The position numbers and the translations under genes are program-made. From contig BDGG01000014.1 in assembly GCA_001949185.1 (NCBI GenBank), positions 248,001 to 312,000 on the forward strand: a DNA stretch of 64,000 nucleotides. Direction: 5' to 3'. Positions 52,587-64,000 of the stretch are shown here, piece by piece (position 1 is the first letter of the stretch; each line of letters starts with the position of its first letter). The notes below the pieces were generated by a model. The model did not search any database, was not told the DNA's origin, and saw nothing but the letters and a program-made list of their open reading frames with translations. The DNA comes from Ramazzottius varieornatus. Lineage: Eukaryota; Animalia; Tardigrada.

Positions 52587-55010
52587 ATGTCGACCATGTC
52601 GATTACCGATGACTCCTTCACAACTTCCGCTTGGTTACTGATTTTGCTTCCACTCTTGTCGAGGGCTGCGCAGTTCAACAACAATTGCAGCAGTAGCCAG
52701 CTGGACCTGCCGTTGATGTTCAACGAAACACTACCGTCCGGAAGACCTCGCGTTCATTTTGTGTCCTTCGTCGCTTATTACGTTCCCTTTGTCATCGCGG
52801 CCATTCATGTGGCGGTGGAGGACGCCCGAAGACGGTACCCCGAAATTAATTTCACCTACTCGATCTACTCTAATCCCAGCGACCCCAGCTGTGATATCTT
52901 TGACGGGGCGGTCCCCGACCATTTAGCCCGATATTATTACAAACTCAGGGAGGCTCCGGACTCTGACGTCTATCTAATCGTCCTCACCACAGGTAACTTT
53001 CGTCTTTCCTTTTGTCTTCCGTTCAATTGGCGATTCCGTTTTTAGGGTGCCGAAGAGGCTCGACCGGAATGGCCGATTTAGCCAGAGGTACATAACTCGG
53101 TTATACCTAAAGCGCAATTACACGCATGGCATGTTCCGAATCCAAAGGTCCTAGCACTCATGTCAAATTTTACTGGTGTTTTTTTTGCAGAATGGAATAT
53201 TCCGATCGTTGTAAGGTAGGGCCATGAACTCTTTTCGTTTTGGCCGTCGAATTCTTGGCAGTTGGCATCTGGTTTTAGTGCGGGGAGGGGGAGTGATTTG
53301 CGGAACAAGACGCGCTACCCGTCGTCAGTGGGTCTCATGCCAGCAGACTTCGGCACTTACGCCCATGTTTTTCGCCATTTGATGGATTGGTACAAATGGC
53401 GGACCGTGATAATTATCTGTGACCCGATGGCCATTGACATGCAAGGTGCTTCCTACAACAACGACTACCGCCAGATCTGCGATACCTGGGCCAGTATCCT
53501 GAACAACAGTGGCAACTACTACCAAGTTTACACCCTGACTGCCGACCTCGGTCAGGGAGGCTCACGCAGAAAAGTTTTGCTGGAAGCTCATACACGCTGT
53601 CGACGTACTGACCTCACCACTAGCTTAATCCCACGTACAGGAACGCAACCATAATTTTACAGAGTATCACCTTCTTTGTAGTGCTGGCGATAATAACGCA
53701 CATGGATCGTCTTCGCCAAACCATGGTAAAGCGTACACGTACCATCTTCGTTACAGTTTATTAGTAGCAATCAGGAGCCTCTTTTTGCTCTTCGCAGGTG
53801 GAGGCATACCGTATGAATATGACGTCGCCTGACTACGTCTACCTGTCTTTCTGCTCATACAATGTGCCGGATAGCTTTGAAGGAACGCCGCACTGGTGGC
53901 GCAACGACACCTTGGACAAGGTCTGATATCTGCCCGTATACGTATTTCGAATTAATTATTAATTTCTTTCAATAACGTACTTGTCTCTTCAGGAAGCAAG
54001 GCTTGCTTTCACCAGCCTACTAATTGTGACGTTGGCGAACCCTCCGTCGTCAGAAGAACTGGATGCATATTATGATACTGTGCGGAACGTGTCTCTTGCG
54101 CTCTTCAACACATCGGACGTTTTCTCCGACAATGTACTGTGGCGTAGTCCTCACTCGTGCAACTTACTTCGAATAGATAATTTAGTTTCAGGTATGCTGT
54201 GTTGTAGGGTAAAATTTTCGGAGTGGCGACGCACACGGCTGTGCACGTCACCACTCAGGTTTTTGCCGACAACCTGTGCGCGTGCCCAAGAAGATTACAC
54301 GACGGGACAACGTTTGCCATGTCGATGGCTAATCGGGTGTTTTCCACGATCGAGGGCCGCTGCAAGCTCAACCAAAAAGGGAATCGGCAAAGCGTTTATG
54401 CTGTTATTGGCGCCACCGGCAACTCTGACGTCTTAGCGGTCAGAAATCAGTTTCAAACATCATAGTGCCCAGTTATAATGGCTGAACTGATTTACAGGAA
54501 GTTTTTTATTATGACTCCGCTGATCGACGATTCTATTCCTCGCCGCAAAGAAAAACCTGGATAAGAAACAGCACAGCTACGCCTCATCGTCCATTCTGTG
54601 GATATCGTGGAGACGAAGGTCCTTGCGGCACAGGTAACATTGAAAAGTCGGCGTATATTTCCGCTCTTGACTGGCCTCGATAAATTGACAGGGACGTCCG
54701 CGGCATTGATTTTGCTGGGAATAGTTTTGGCCGCCTTCGTACTAGTGACAACACCTTTCGCTGCAGTGATGGTCGTGTCGAGGCAAGCTATCGAAACTTG
54801 ATAGAGTTCAAACTGATAACTTTTTTTCACCCACCTGTTTTTTGCTCCAGGAGGCGACATATGCGCCAGATAGTTCGCTTATGGTTTTTGGACGCGGCAG
54901 ATCCTTTGCTGCCGTGTGAAACGAACCATTACGGCTTCAGCTTTTTGCGCCCTTCTGTTAACATGTTTAGATCTTCCGCCTCTAGATCCTGGAAATCGGT
55001 ACAAACCTGA
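52587..55010 (+). CDS. Natriuretic-peptide-receptor-like ectodomain + TM + short tail, copy 2
   Basis: Paralog of 44786-49193: PRVHFVSFVAYY, EWNIPIV, LRNKTRYPS, WYKWRTVIIICD, PHRPFCGYRGDEGPC, TM ALILLGIVLAAFVLVTTPFAAVMVV, and a ~52-aa tail after a GC-AG intron (54783-54850). Confidence 0.8.
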
Positions 55011-55314
55011 TCAAACTTTGTCATTTAATAGATATAGTGCTCGATTACTGCACGTACTGACTATCCTCCGTCAAAAAACGCACGAAGTGATCACAAAAAT
55101 CTGGCTTTCAAAACAAGTGATCGTTTATTATTTCCAGCCAAAATTTGACCAGACGTATAGACTGGAAACTTCACAAAGATTGTCCTCGACAGAAAGAATG
55201 TCAATGTCACTACAAAATTTGGTATTGTAATTCACAAAGGCCGGAAACTGTAAACGCCTTTTTCCGAAGTGATAAGTGGAATTCTTATTAATTTTTTGGT
55301 AGGCGGCAGAATGT

Positions 55315-56140
55315 TCAGGAAATTATACATGAATAGCGTTTAGGTCGGTATTCTTTGGGGAAGAGTACTGATCTGACGGACTCCTCGAAGACCGTCTTGA
55401 GTCCCTTCTGTGTCAGGGCCGAGCACTCCAAGTAGCGCACCGCGCGGATCTTGTGCGCCATCTTCAGGCCCTGTTCTCTCCTGATGGGACTGTGGCCACT
55501 TTCCGCCAGATGCTCCAGCATTGTTCGGTCATCCCGTAGGTCCACTTTGGTTCCCACTAGTATTATCGGCGTGTTCGGACAATGGTGATGTATTTCAGGA
55601 TACCATTTCAGCAGGACGTTGTCGTAGGAGGAAGGCGAAACTACGCTGAAGCAGACCAGAAAGACATCCGTCTACGAACAAACATTCCAGAATATTAACC
55701 AAATGCTTAAAAATATTCTAACCTCAAAACCGAACTTCGCGGTGAAAGTTTTAAAAATTCGAGCGCAGAGATATCTGACTTGGGGATAAGAAAGTGGCCT
55801 CAAGCGATCGTAATCTTCCTGTCCGGCAGTATCCCACAACCCGAGGTTGACCAACATATCATCCACTTTTAAGGCTGCCGAAAAATTGTCGAACCTGCGA
55901 AAAAACTGTACATTAAATTCCCGAAACACTTTACTGTCCGTCACGGAAGTCAAATTTCAGAAAAAGCGCAGAATCATAACAACAGGATGAAGTAAGAAAG
56001 GCAGTAGGAGGTAATTATACTTACACGGTCGGTACATATTCACCCGGGAAGCTGTCCGTAGTGTAGGAGATGAGCATACAGGTTTTTCCCACCGTTCCAT
56101 CGCCCACCACCACACACTTTACCGGTCTTCCCACTGACAT
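55315..56140 (-). CDS. Mtl: Rho-family GTPase, Mig-2-like/RhoG (3 coding exons)
   Basis: [75 protein letters not shown] and CAAX box CIIS. Confidence 0.93.
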
Positions 56141-57274
56141 ACTTCTCTCCTTAATTATATCCACAGCCGCTTCAACAAGAAAAATCGGGAGAGGAAATTG
56201 ACTGCTTGTCAAAAGCTGAAAAGATCAATAGGCCCAGATCGATCAGCGCGTTTCACAGTACCATTATCCTCTATGGACCACCAGAATATTTCCACATGCT
56301 TTCCCACAAAACCAGATCACAACTAACAGTCGGTCCAAAAATAAACGCTGGGAACGTGTCGGTACAAATTAGCGTTGGGCAGTAGTGGAAGAGTTTGTTT
56401 TCGACACAGTCCGGGCTCTTGTTTGAGAAATGCTCCTCATTTGGAGCAAATGGATAACATACACACATGCCTATCTTTCAGCTGCACTAACATCATCTCG
56501 CTTTGATGTGCTGGTGCTGCTGCTGCTCATCGCGTCTCTTCGGCCCGGGCTATTTGCTTCGGCAGGTCAGGATTATGCGTTCGTACATGAAATATCGATT
56601 TCTGATTGTGACTGGTCAAAATGACCAAGGCAACTCATACATTTTCATTGAGGGCCGCGATGATCATCACGATGAGTCAGTCAGACAAACTTTACAGTAG
56701 CTCTACACGTACTGCTCTAATGATAACACGCCATGGATGTACTCTTCCGCCTACTGTATAGCAGATGGCCAGCTTCCGTCCAACGGCAAAACGGAAGCTG
56801 CGCTGACGGGCAGCTGTATGGCAGAGGGAAATTGACAAGCTTTCCAGAATTAAAATGGACCGGCAATAAATTATGGAACAGACCAAACAAACAGGGCTGA
56901 TCACACTGCATTGTCAACCAACTGCAATCTGCTTCCTGCTGCTGTACCAGCGCTTGGCGTAGTCGTGCGAGTGTAATTCTGGACGCTGTTCCAGCGGTGG
57001 CTTCCGGCTCCAGGCAAACCTGTCAAGTATGACCTAATTTGTTCTTTACACTTTGTCGATCCAGAAAACAACGTCGACCATCGAGCGATGCCACGTTTTC
57101 GATGTGGAGGGCCAACTACCGATAAAAGGTTCGGCAGTCTAAACTTCTGATACAACTGTAGACAATGGTCAAAATAAAAGGGAAAAAGCCAGCGGAAGAA
57201 AAAACGGAAACCAGAAACTTGAAAGCGCAATACAGCGCGAATCATTCAAGCCGAATGAGTTAGGTTTTTCCACT

Positions 57275-58216
57275 TTATTTTTTCTTGGGTAAATCAAGAG
57301 AATATCTCCGGAAAACCAAGTCTTGTATTCGAGTGGACAGCCAAGGTACCAAGGTTCCTCTGACACGCGCCCAGTGGGAGGCCGCCATGTAGCGAGGTTT
57401 GATCCGCGATGACGTCACAGCTTCCATGGTGACGTCTACGGGCTCGTTGACGTGGGGACTGGCGGTTTCGGCCAGCTTGGGCCAATGAGCTTTCAAGGCT
57501 TCCAGGTAGTACCAGCCGTAGGCATGTTGGACACTGGCTGGGATCGATCCCCAGTACTGGCCCAGTTGAGCGACGACGTTCTTTGTGTCGGCTATCTGAG
57601 TTCTGTAACTGGCGGGCTCAATTGTGCTAACTAGAGCAGAGAAATGTATTTTTAATATTTCACTGGACCCACGTAACCCAAATGGAGGCCGGCAAACGAT
57701 ACGTTCAGGATCGCTGTCCCAAGTGGCGCATACTACCCGTCAGTAACAGTGTGTGTGTGTGCGTCACTCGAACACTCGAACAAGATCGCTTTTCCCAAGT
57801 GGCACACTTTACCAGCCAATAACAGCAGGACCGTGCGCCACTTGTATTAAAGATCTTGCGCCCTTCGTTGGCCGTCCAGCCGAATGTTTCAGCCACTTCG
57901 TGTGGCGTGTGGATCGTTACCCGTTATGCCAAACTTTCTGAGTTCGCGCCGAAGTCCATCACCCAGGGCGATCTGGGCGTGTTTTGTCATACTATAGCCA
58001 GTGAAACCGGGCACCACATATCTTCCTACAGAACGGGGCGAACATCATGGAAGTTCAGACTGTCGGTAGGCGCAACCACAAGTTACAGCTACAGATACTT
58101 ACCAGCTAAACTGGCCATGATGATGAGACGACCTCGAGCTTCCCGTAGTAGCGGCAAGAAAGCTTTCACCACTCGGATGGATCCCATGCAGTTCACATCG
58201 ATCATGTTCCAAATGC
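57275..58216 (-). pseudogene. 5'-truncated duplicate of the SDR9C dehydrogenase
   Basis: Three exons parallel the SDR at 25684-27541 (MIDVNCMGSIRVVKAFLPLLREARGR; GYSMTKHAQIALGDGLRRELRKFG; VSTIEPASYRT...). The acceptor of the first retained exon reads TTGG instead of a YAG, and no TGCDxGFG exon is found upstream. Confidence 0.7.
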
Positions 58217-59871
58217 ATGAAAGTTGTCATTACAAACATTGTCACAGAAGGAGCGAGAAGTAAAAAAATACTAGCGGCTAACATGGAAAGTATATTATTC
58301 CTAGCTGGCGATGTCGTCCATAAAACCTTTCTCAACATACTCGGAGTACTACTCGACGGCGCATTTACGAACCTTTGATTTTTCCATCAGAACCATCCAG
58401 ATGGCCAAAAGTGGTCGAATCAATTCAAAAAAATTTAATGGTTTGACGAATAAGGAGTGGAAATTACAGAACTACCCTTCTCTTATATGGCCGACTTCGG
58501 TTGCCGGGTACTCCGACAAAGTATGACTGTATTGGACGACGTCTAGGTAACTGTACGATCCTTCCCGCTGCCTAGAAAAGCCACTTGTTATTTCTCACCC
58601 ATTCAAAATGCCTTCGGATACTTTGTCACCCTGCCGAAAGATTTCGAGAACAGATGATATCGAGAACAGAATGGCAGTCAGCAGTCGTGCGTATAGGCTT
58701 GACCACTTCCGGGGGAAGTTACCGGACGAGTACTGACCACTCTGCGTTGCTGTTGCAACAACACCATTACCTTAGTCCATTATCTTTGAACTAGGATGAC
58801 ACTGAGCTGAAGAACAAACCCTCTGTCGATTCTCCCGACTTTGCTCCTCAAAGGGAACGAATATTTCTGATGGGAATTCTCACGAGAATTTCACTCTCAA
58901 CTTGTTCTCACTTTTGTGATCTCTCAGATACACTCCGCCCAAGCCAACTTTCTACCACCTGGCATTTCGACGCTGAAAAATTCAAAGTACGACCCCAGCA
59001 TTCATGCTTCCACACGTTCCGTGCAGTATTTGAAGCTGCTTCGACTGCGCTATGATACTTCTTACTATAATGGGAAATAGTTCGAAAAAGTTGAGCAGTG
59101 TGACTTCCGGTGGGGAAGACATACCGCAGCAGGTAGAACGCTGTACGCAAAAATTCCAGGTGGGAGTTTTCATCCCCGAACTGACGCAAACAAACTTACA
59201 ACTGTGTTGGTGGTCGGAAAAAATCAAGAGCAGGAAAGCTCCAAACGAACTTGCCAAAGGAATTAAAACCGTCGAATTCCTCCGTCTTACCGGGAAGACT
59301 CTTTTCTGGCAAAATTTCTAGCTGTATTCCAGGACGGCGGTTTTTGAACTTTGGACCTCTTTTCCAGTAGTTAAATGTTTGTTCTAATCAATTTTAACCA
59401 ACGTGCCACAGAATGTCAAAGGAAAACTGAAAGGTAATTTTTCGAACAGAGGTCCAAAAATGACAGAAGTTGTTGCATTTTTCACTTTGCACCTCCCCGA
59501 GTTTAATTTCGATCCTGACTTTCTGTGCACGGATTTCTGGCCGGTAAAATTCTTGGAGGTGGCAAATAGAGTGCTAGACCAAGAGAAATTGGTTTCGAAG
59601 TGGAACTCGACTCGAGTCGAGACAGCCCTCGATTTAATGAGTGGTAGCAAGCTGGCTTGGGCGGGCTGTACAGGAAAATTAACACTTACAAAGGTAAGTT
59701 GGCTTTTTGAAGAACGGTCCTAAAAATGTTCCTTGATGGCTACGTTCAAATAAAATAACTGTTGTGCGAAAATCGAAGAAATATCGCTGGAAAAACAGGA
59801 TCGGAAAATACTAACGAGACTGTGGCAGTGTTCCGCAACTTCCGTTCAAGACTATTAATCCATTATACGGT

Positions 59872-60309
59872 TCAGAGATTTTCCACGGCTTTGTCGATTT
59901 TGGATACGCTACTGATCAGCTTCTTCCACTGATCCGGGTTCAGCGCGATACCTTTCTTCCCCGGACGCATTTCTCCGCTGTCTCGATCCATGTAGAATTC
60001 GCGGATGTCGATCAGAGGTTTGCCTTTGAATTCGCGGACAGCCAAGAAACGGTTGCCACCCAGATCGATCTTCAACTCACCGTCCTCGTCTTCCGCACTG
60101 GCTTCACGTTTGCCTTTGGACTTCTTGCTGGAGGACGAGGAGGCCTTGCTGTCTTTCTTGTCCGACTTTTGACGCTTAGCATCCTTGGAGGAGCTCTTCT
60201 TGGGCTCATCGTCCGAGTCGGAGGCTGAAGAAAATTCACGCTTCATCTTCTTTGCCGGTGTGCGCTTGTCGTCGTTGCCTGACGCGTCGCTGGAGTCGGT
60301 GTCCGACAT
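59872..60309 (-). CDS. SUB1: Transcriptional coactivator PC4/p15 (ssDNA-binding)
   Basis: Ser/Lys-rich N-terminus, then DLGGNRFLAVREFKGKPLIDIREFYMDRDSGEMRPGKKGIALNPDQWKKL. Confidence 0.95.
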   Translation of the reverse strand: MSDTDSSDASGNDDKRTPAKKMKREFSSASDSDDEPKKSSSKDAKRQKSDKKDSKASSSSSKKSKGKREASAEDEDGELKIDLGGNRFLAVREFKGKPLIDIREFYMDRDSGEMRPGKKGIALNPDQWKKLISSVSKIDKAVENL

Positions 60310-63300
60310 CGTGAGGTGTACCTGGAAAGAAAACACAACCACGATCACGTTCTCTGAGGTAGACGAGAAGAATCGCGCAGATCGAAAAGTCGTCACAGTT
60401 GGAGACTGAAAAGAAACGCAACTAGCCAGAACACAAATTTCAAAATTCTGCCGAAATTTACTATTCGTGCTCTTCCGCCCCCCGCTCTGGAGGCCCCCGT
60501 GAGGGGTCACGGGCAAAGAGTATCTGGGTCACCCTTGGGCCAGGGTCCGAGGTTTAAGCCCTAATGATGGCGCCACTTGAGCTCAAAGGAAAACCAAAGT
60601 CTCAGTTGTCTTCCAAGTTCCACTTTGCATACATGTGCATAGAATCTCTCAAAACTGAATCTTCACGATCTCATCATGCAAAAACTACCGTTCGAACGAA
60701 AATGATGGTCGTTCATAATACACACAGGCACGCACGACTGTTTATAGAAATTTCATCTCCATGGTGGGCACAAGACTTATGTTTTGGGGAACAGTCGCTT
60801 TGGCCTTTTACCGCACACCCTTCTTGGTAGCCCGATGGAATGTTTTCCCCAGTTCCTCACTATAGTTACAGTCAAAATACCTGTCTGGGTTTGGCAGGTG
60901 GCGGTGGCTGCGAGTTTTCTGAGTCAACGTACAGATCAGCCTGCCGTATTAGGGCGTGGTTGTTAGCCGTCCTCGACGTCTGCTGGTCTGCTTGCGCAAA
61001 ATCTGCCTCACTCCAGCACCAGAGCAACTCATTCATGCCGCGGGGTGCAGTACTGCACTAAGTTTAGCTGTACTCGTATAGAAAGAGAAAGATAAGGATA
61101 TGATTATTGGTGTTGGCCGATATGTTGACTTGGATTGTGGCGAAATATCGATACGCGCGCAGCGCTCTTTCTATAGCTAGGCACAGCTTTCCGCGACAGC
61201 CTTTGTTAGAGCTTTCTAGCCATGTTTAGAAATAAACGGCCATAGAGGCCGACTTTCATAGCGCAACTTCCTGCTGGTATCCGAGCTAAACTTTACCCAT
61301 GTTTCACTCTTGATAATATCCCACAGCATTGCACGCTCTGATCCAATTTCTCCGGCTGAACTTCGATGGTCAGCTTTTCCTGCCAAGCCCTCAGATTACC
61401 ATAAACGCTGGACTTCTACTATAGCTGAAATACCTAACGAATACTGTCTCTTGCACGGAAATATTCTGGAACTTCAACCCGTAAGTCATTTCACAGTGCA
61501 GTCTGTAGGAAGCATCGGCAAGTCTAATTGAGGGAACTCACGCTTGAGTATTTTAGATAAAATACTTGAGTTTGCTTGTTCCTTGAAAACTCGGGTTTTA
61601 TATTTCTTGGTACTGGAGCAAAGTTCAGATTGAAGTGGTCTCCATATTCTGAATATACAGACGAAAAGCATAGCGAAAGGCCAGGTGCTCGTCTATTCCG
61701 GCTTATGTTGTGATGGTTTTCGTCAAAGGCAGTGCCGAAAAGGACGGTGATAATTATGCATAACGGTGAGCATAGAAGAGTAGTATTTTGACAGGTAGAG
61801 TCGTCATTATGGGTGCGTTCATCCAACGAGGCGGAAAATACAGCGTGTAGCCATGTCGAGCTTACATATCGCGGTGCATGTAGCGAGCCATCGGAGGAGC
61901 TCACGATGACTATGATGTAGTGAGTAGCTAGCGTACCGTGGGGAGCTCGCGAGTTGCGACGAGAAAACCTCGCTGGCCATGTTGTCACAGCAGTTGATGG
62001 TTGAGGTCAAATGTAGTTGCGCTTTGCTGTTGTCGTTATTCAGGTCGAGACCGGTCGAGCAGTGTTGAAGATGCTGTTTGCTTTAGCTCAAGTGCAGGAA
62101 CATACACACCATGGCTCATGCTGTAGCATTAACTAAACGAACTACTAATTTGGGGGCTTTTGTACTCGACGTCGGAGCATGTTGGTGTAAAAAATCACGG
62201 GGCGAACTTGAATGGGGAAATCAAGGCGAAAAACGGTTTCGAAGGATCAACAGAAAACTTCTTGGATCGATATACGCTGAAAACTTGATGTTTTCAGGAA
62301 CCAGTTGTAATTGCAGTAGAGCCTCTTGAGGGTTTCTTGTTCTGCTGTACACTTATGCAAGAGTCTGACAGTAATTTTTCTGACCCTGAGAGAGAAAGAC
62401 TGGCTTGCGTGATGAGGATCGTTTGTTGGGGTCTGGGAATTTAAAAGTCATTGCAGCTGTCTGGGTCTTCAAAGCTATTACAGTGAAAGAAGAGTTCGTG
62501 GACGATTATTTAAATTTTCTACGACGTCAATGCTTTTTCTTTGATGTTTGGTGTGAGTGACAAACACGTAATGCGAAAAGAACTTTCCTGGAGAGCTCGA
62601 GACTTTAAATGACAATCTGAAGTGCATGTCGACGTGAAGGAATGTGCGCGGATGAGCCAGCGCTAGTTTAATGAACGATCACGCACATGCATAGACATCA
62701 AAGCGGTATCTGCACTGCACTGGTTTTTTCTCCGGCTGCGTCTTCCTGTGAGGATACCAGCGCGTCTTTTGGGTTACGTAATCTTTTATGGACCAGGAGT
62801 AATTGTGGGTACGTGGTCTGTTATCAATTTCATCGAAGACCAAATTGCGTAATTTTCTGGTGTGCGAGGAAGAAATTGCCTGTACGCGCCTGAAATGCTG
62901 AAACACATCCAGTGACGTCAGGGGAAAAACATTTCACTAGAAATTAACGGCTTAGAAGTGTCGAAAGAAGTAGGCTAATCTCAGTGCTAATTGCTCGTCA
63001 AAAGAAATATTAAAAAATTAAAATTAACAATTTCAGCACATGGACCTAACCATTTTGTTAGTGGTTAATGTTAATTACGAGTACTGTCACCCAGGGGGAG
63101 ACAACTGGAAGAAGAATAGAATGGGCCAGCGGGCAAGCAATGAAACGTGCTGGCCAAATGGGAGCCGTCATTTTGCTCGAATCTGTCGATGTACGAATTT
63201 ATGAAACGGTATCACAGCTGGTCACATTGGCCTCGCCGACATGATTGAGCCGTTTATGGAGTATTACCGGCTAATGCAACTTTTGTCCGGTATCTTTGTA

Positions 63301-64000
63301 ACACATGTTGTTCTGAGTGGACATTACAAGGTCTGGAATGATGGAAGTCTTCCCCCTCTCGAACATTAACAAGTAAGTAATGGGTCTCTAAGGTACGATG
63401 TTTCCCGCCTGTCACTAAGGGGGTTCTAATTTTTCCACCATTTTTCTACGGTATTTCGGCCGGTATTCTCCTTGGTGATATGGTAGAAAAAGGGCCAGAG
63501 TATGTAGGTTCGTCTCTCAAATCAGAAAGCGACAGCTGCTGCGATGCTTCTGATCTTGTCTTTGGATCTTGTTCGTTTCCGTCGATGATGCGCATTAATT
63601 TCGCACAGAAGCCAGCTTAGATAACTGGTTTGCTTTATCCTCCAGTCCAAGCTAATATCCTGTTGTCGATCTATCAGCTCTGCACGTCTAACTGTCAAGA
63701 AGCAGCCATCCTTCCTCATTGTTCCCTGACTGGTGTTCTGGCAGCTCTGACCGCACATTATCGACGAGGACTGCTGTTCCCCAGTCCACAAGACACTCAC
63801 ACAGATCTTCCATGCAACCCTTTTGGCAGCATCCCTAACACTAAAATCAATAACTATCTTGACAGTGCACCAAAAAGACAACTTCAAGTTGAACACCACG
63901 GAGAGTAATGCAACATGAAGTATCAATCAGTCAATCAAGCGTACTGCATTTAAAGCTTAGGACTGAGTATGATTTCCCTCAACCCAGAAATCCACGGTTC

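Noticed and set aside
56430-56830. Signal-peptide-like ORF divergent from Mtl
   Set aside because: Could not build a consistent multi-exon model or identify a domain.
60470-60580. GC-rich, hairpin-prone stretch upstream of SUB1, possible ncRNA
   Set aside because: No tRNA, SRP, RNase P/MRP or snRNA signature recognised. An Infernal/Rfam scan would be needed.
60600-64000. Short ORFs in the last 3.4 kb
   Set aside because: No recognisable domains; probably UTR, intron or intergenic sequence of a gene outside the window.

Overview
This is eukaryotic (animal) genomic DNA with compact genes, mostly 55-110 bp GT-AG introns, and one 50-N gap at 47821-47870. Gene content and intron style suggest a small ecdysozoan, most plausibly a tardigrade; this is an inference and was not verified. 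Conserved genes: an iron lipoxygenase with transposon-inflated introns, an allatotropin neuropeptide precursor, an SDR9C/BDH1-type dehydrogenase plus a truncated copy, PP5, NSUN2, the Mig-2-like GTPase Mtl, and PC4/SUB1. Lineage-specific content: a tandem cluster of Ly6/three-finger genes, two natriuretic-peptide-receptor-like ectodomain genes lacking a cyclase domain, a psq-HTH plus chromodomain gene, and decayed intronless bacterial-like methyltransferases. Mobile DNA includes pogo and Harbinger remnants and many MITEs. The most striking find is a 4-exon, 413-aa secreted precursor at 35481-37001 (- strand). It chains an Alo-3-like knottin, a second Cys-rich module, a His/Arg tract and several cationic amphipathic segments separated by acidic spacers, making it a candidate multi-effector antimicrobial polyprotein. 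All calls are by eye from the sequence and ORF track; no database searches were run.
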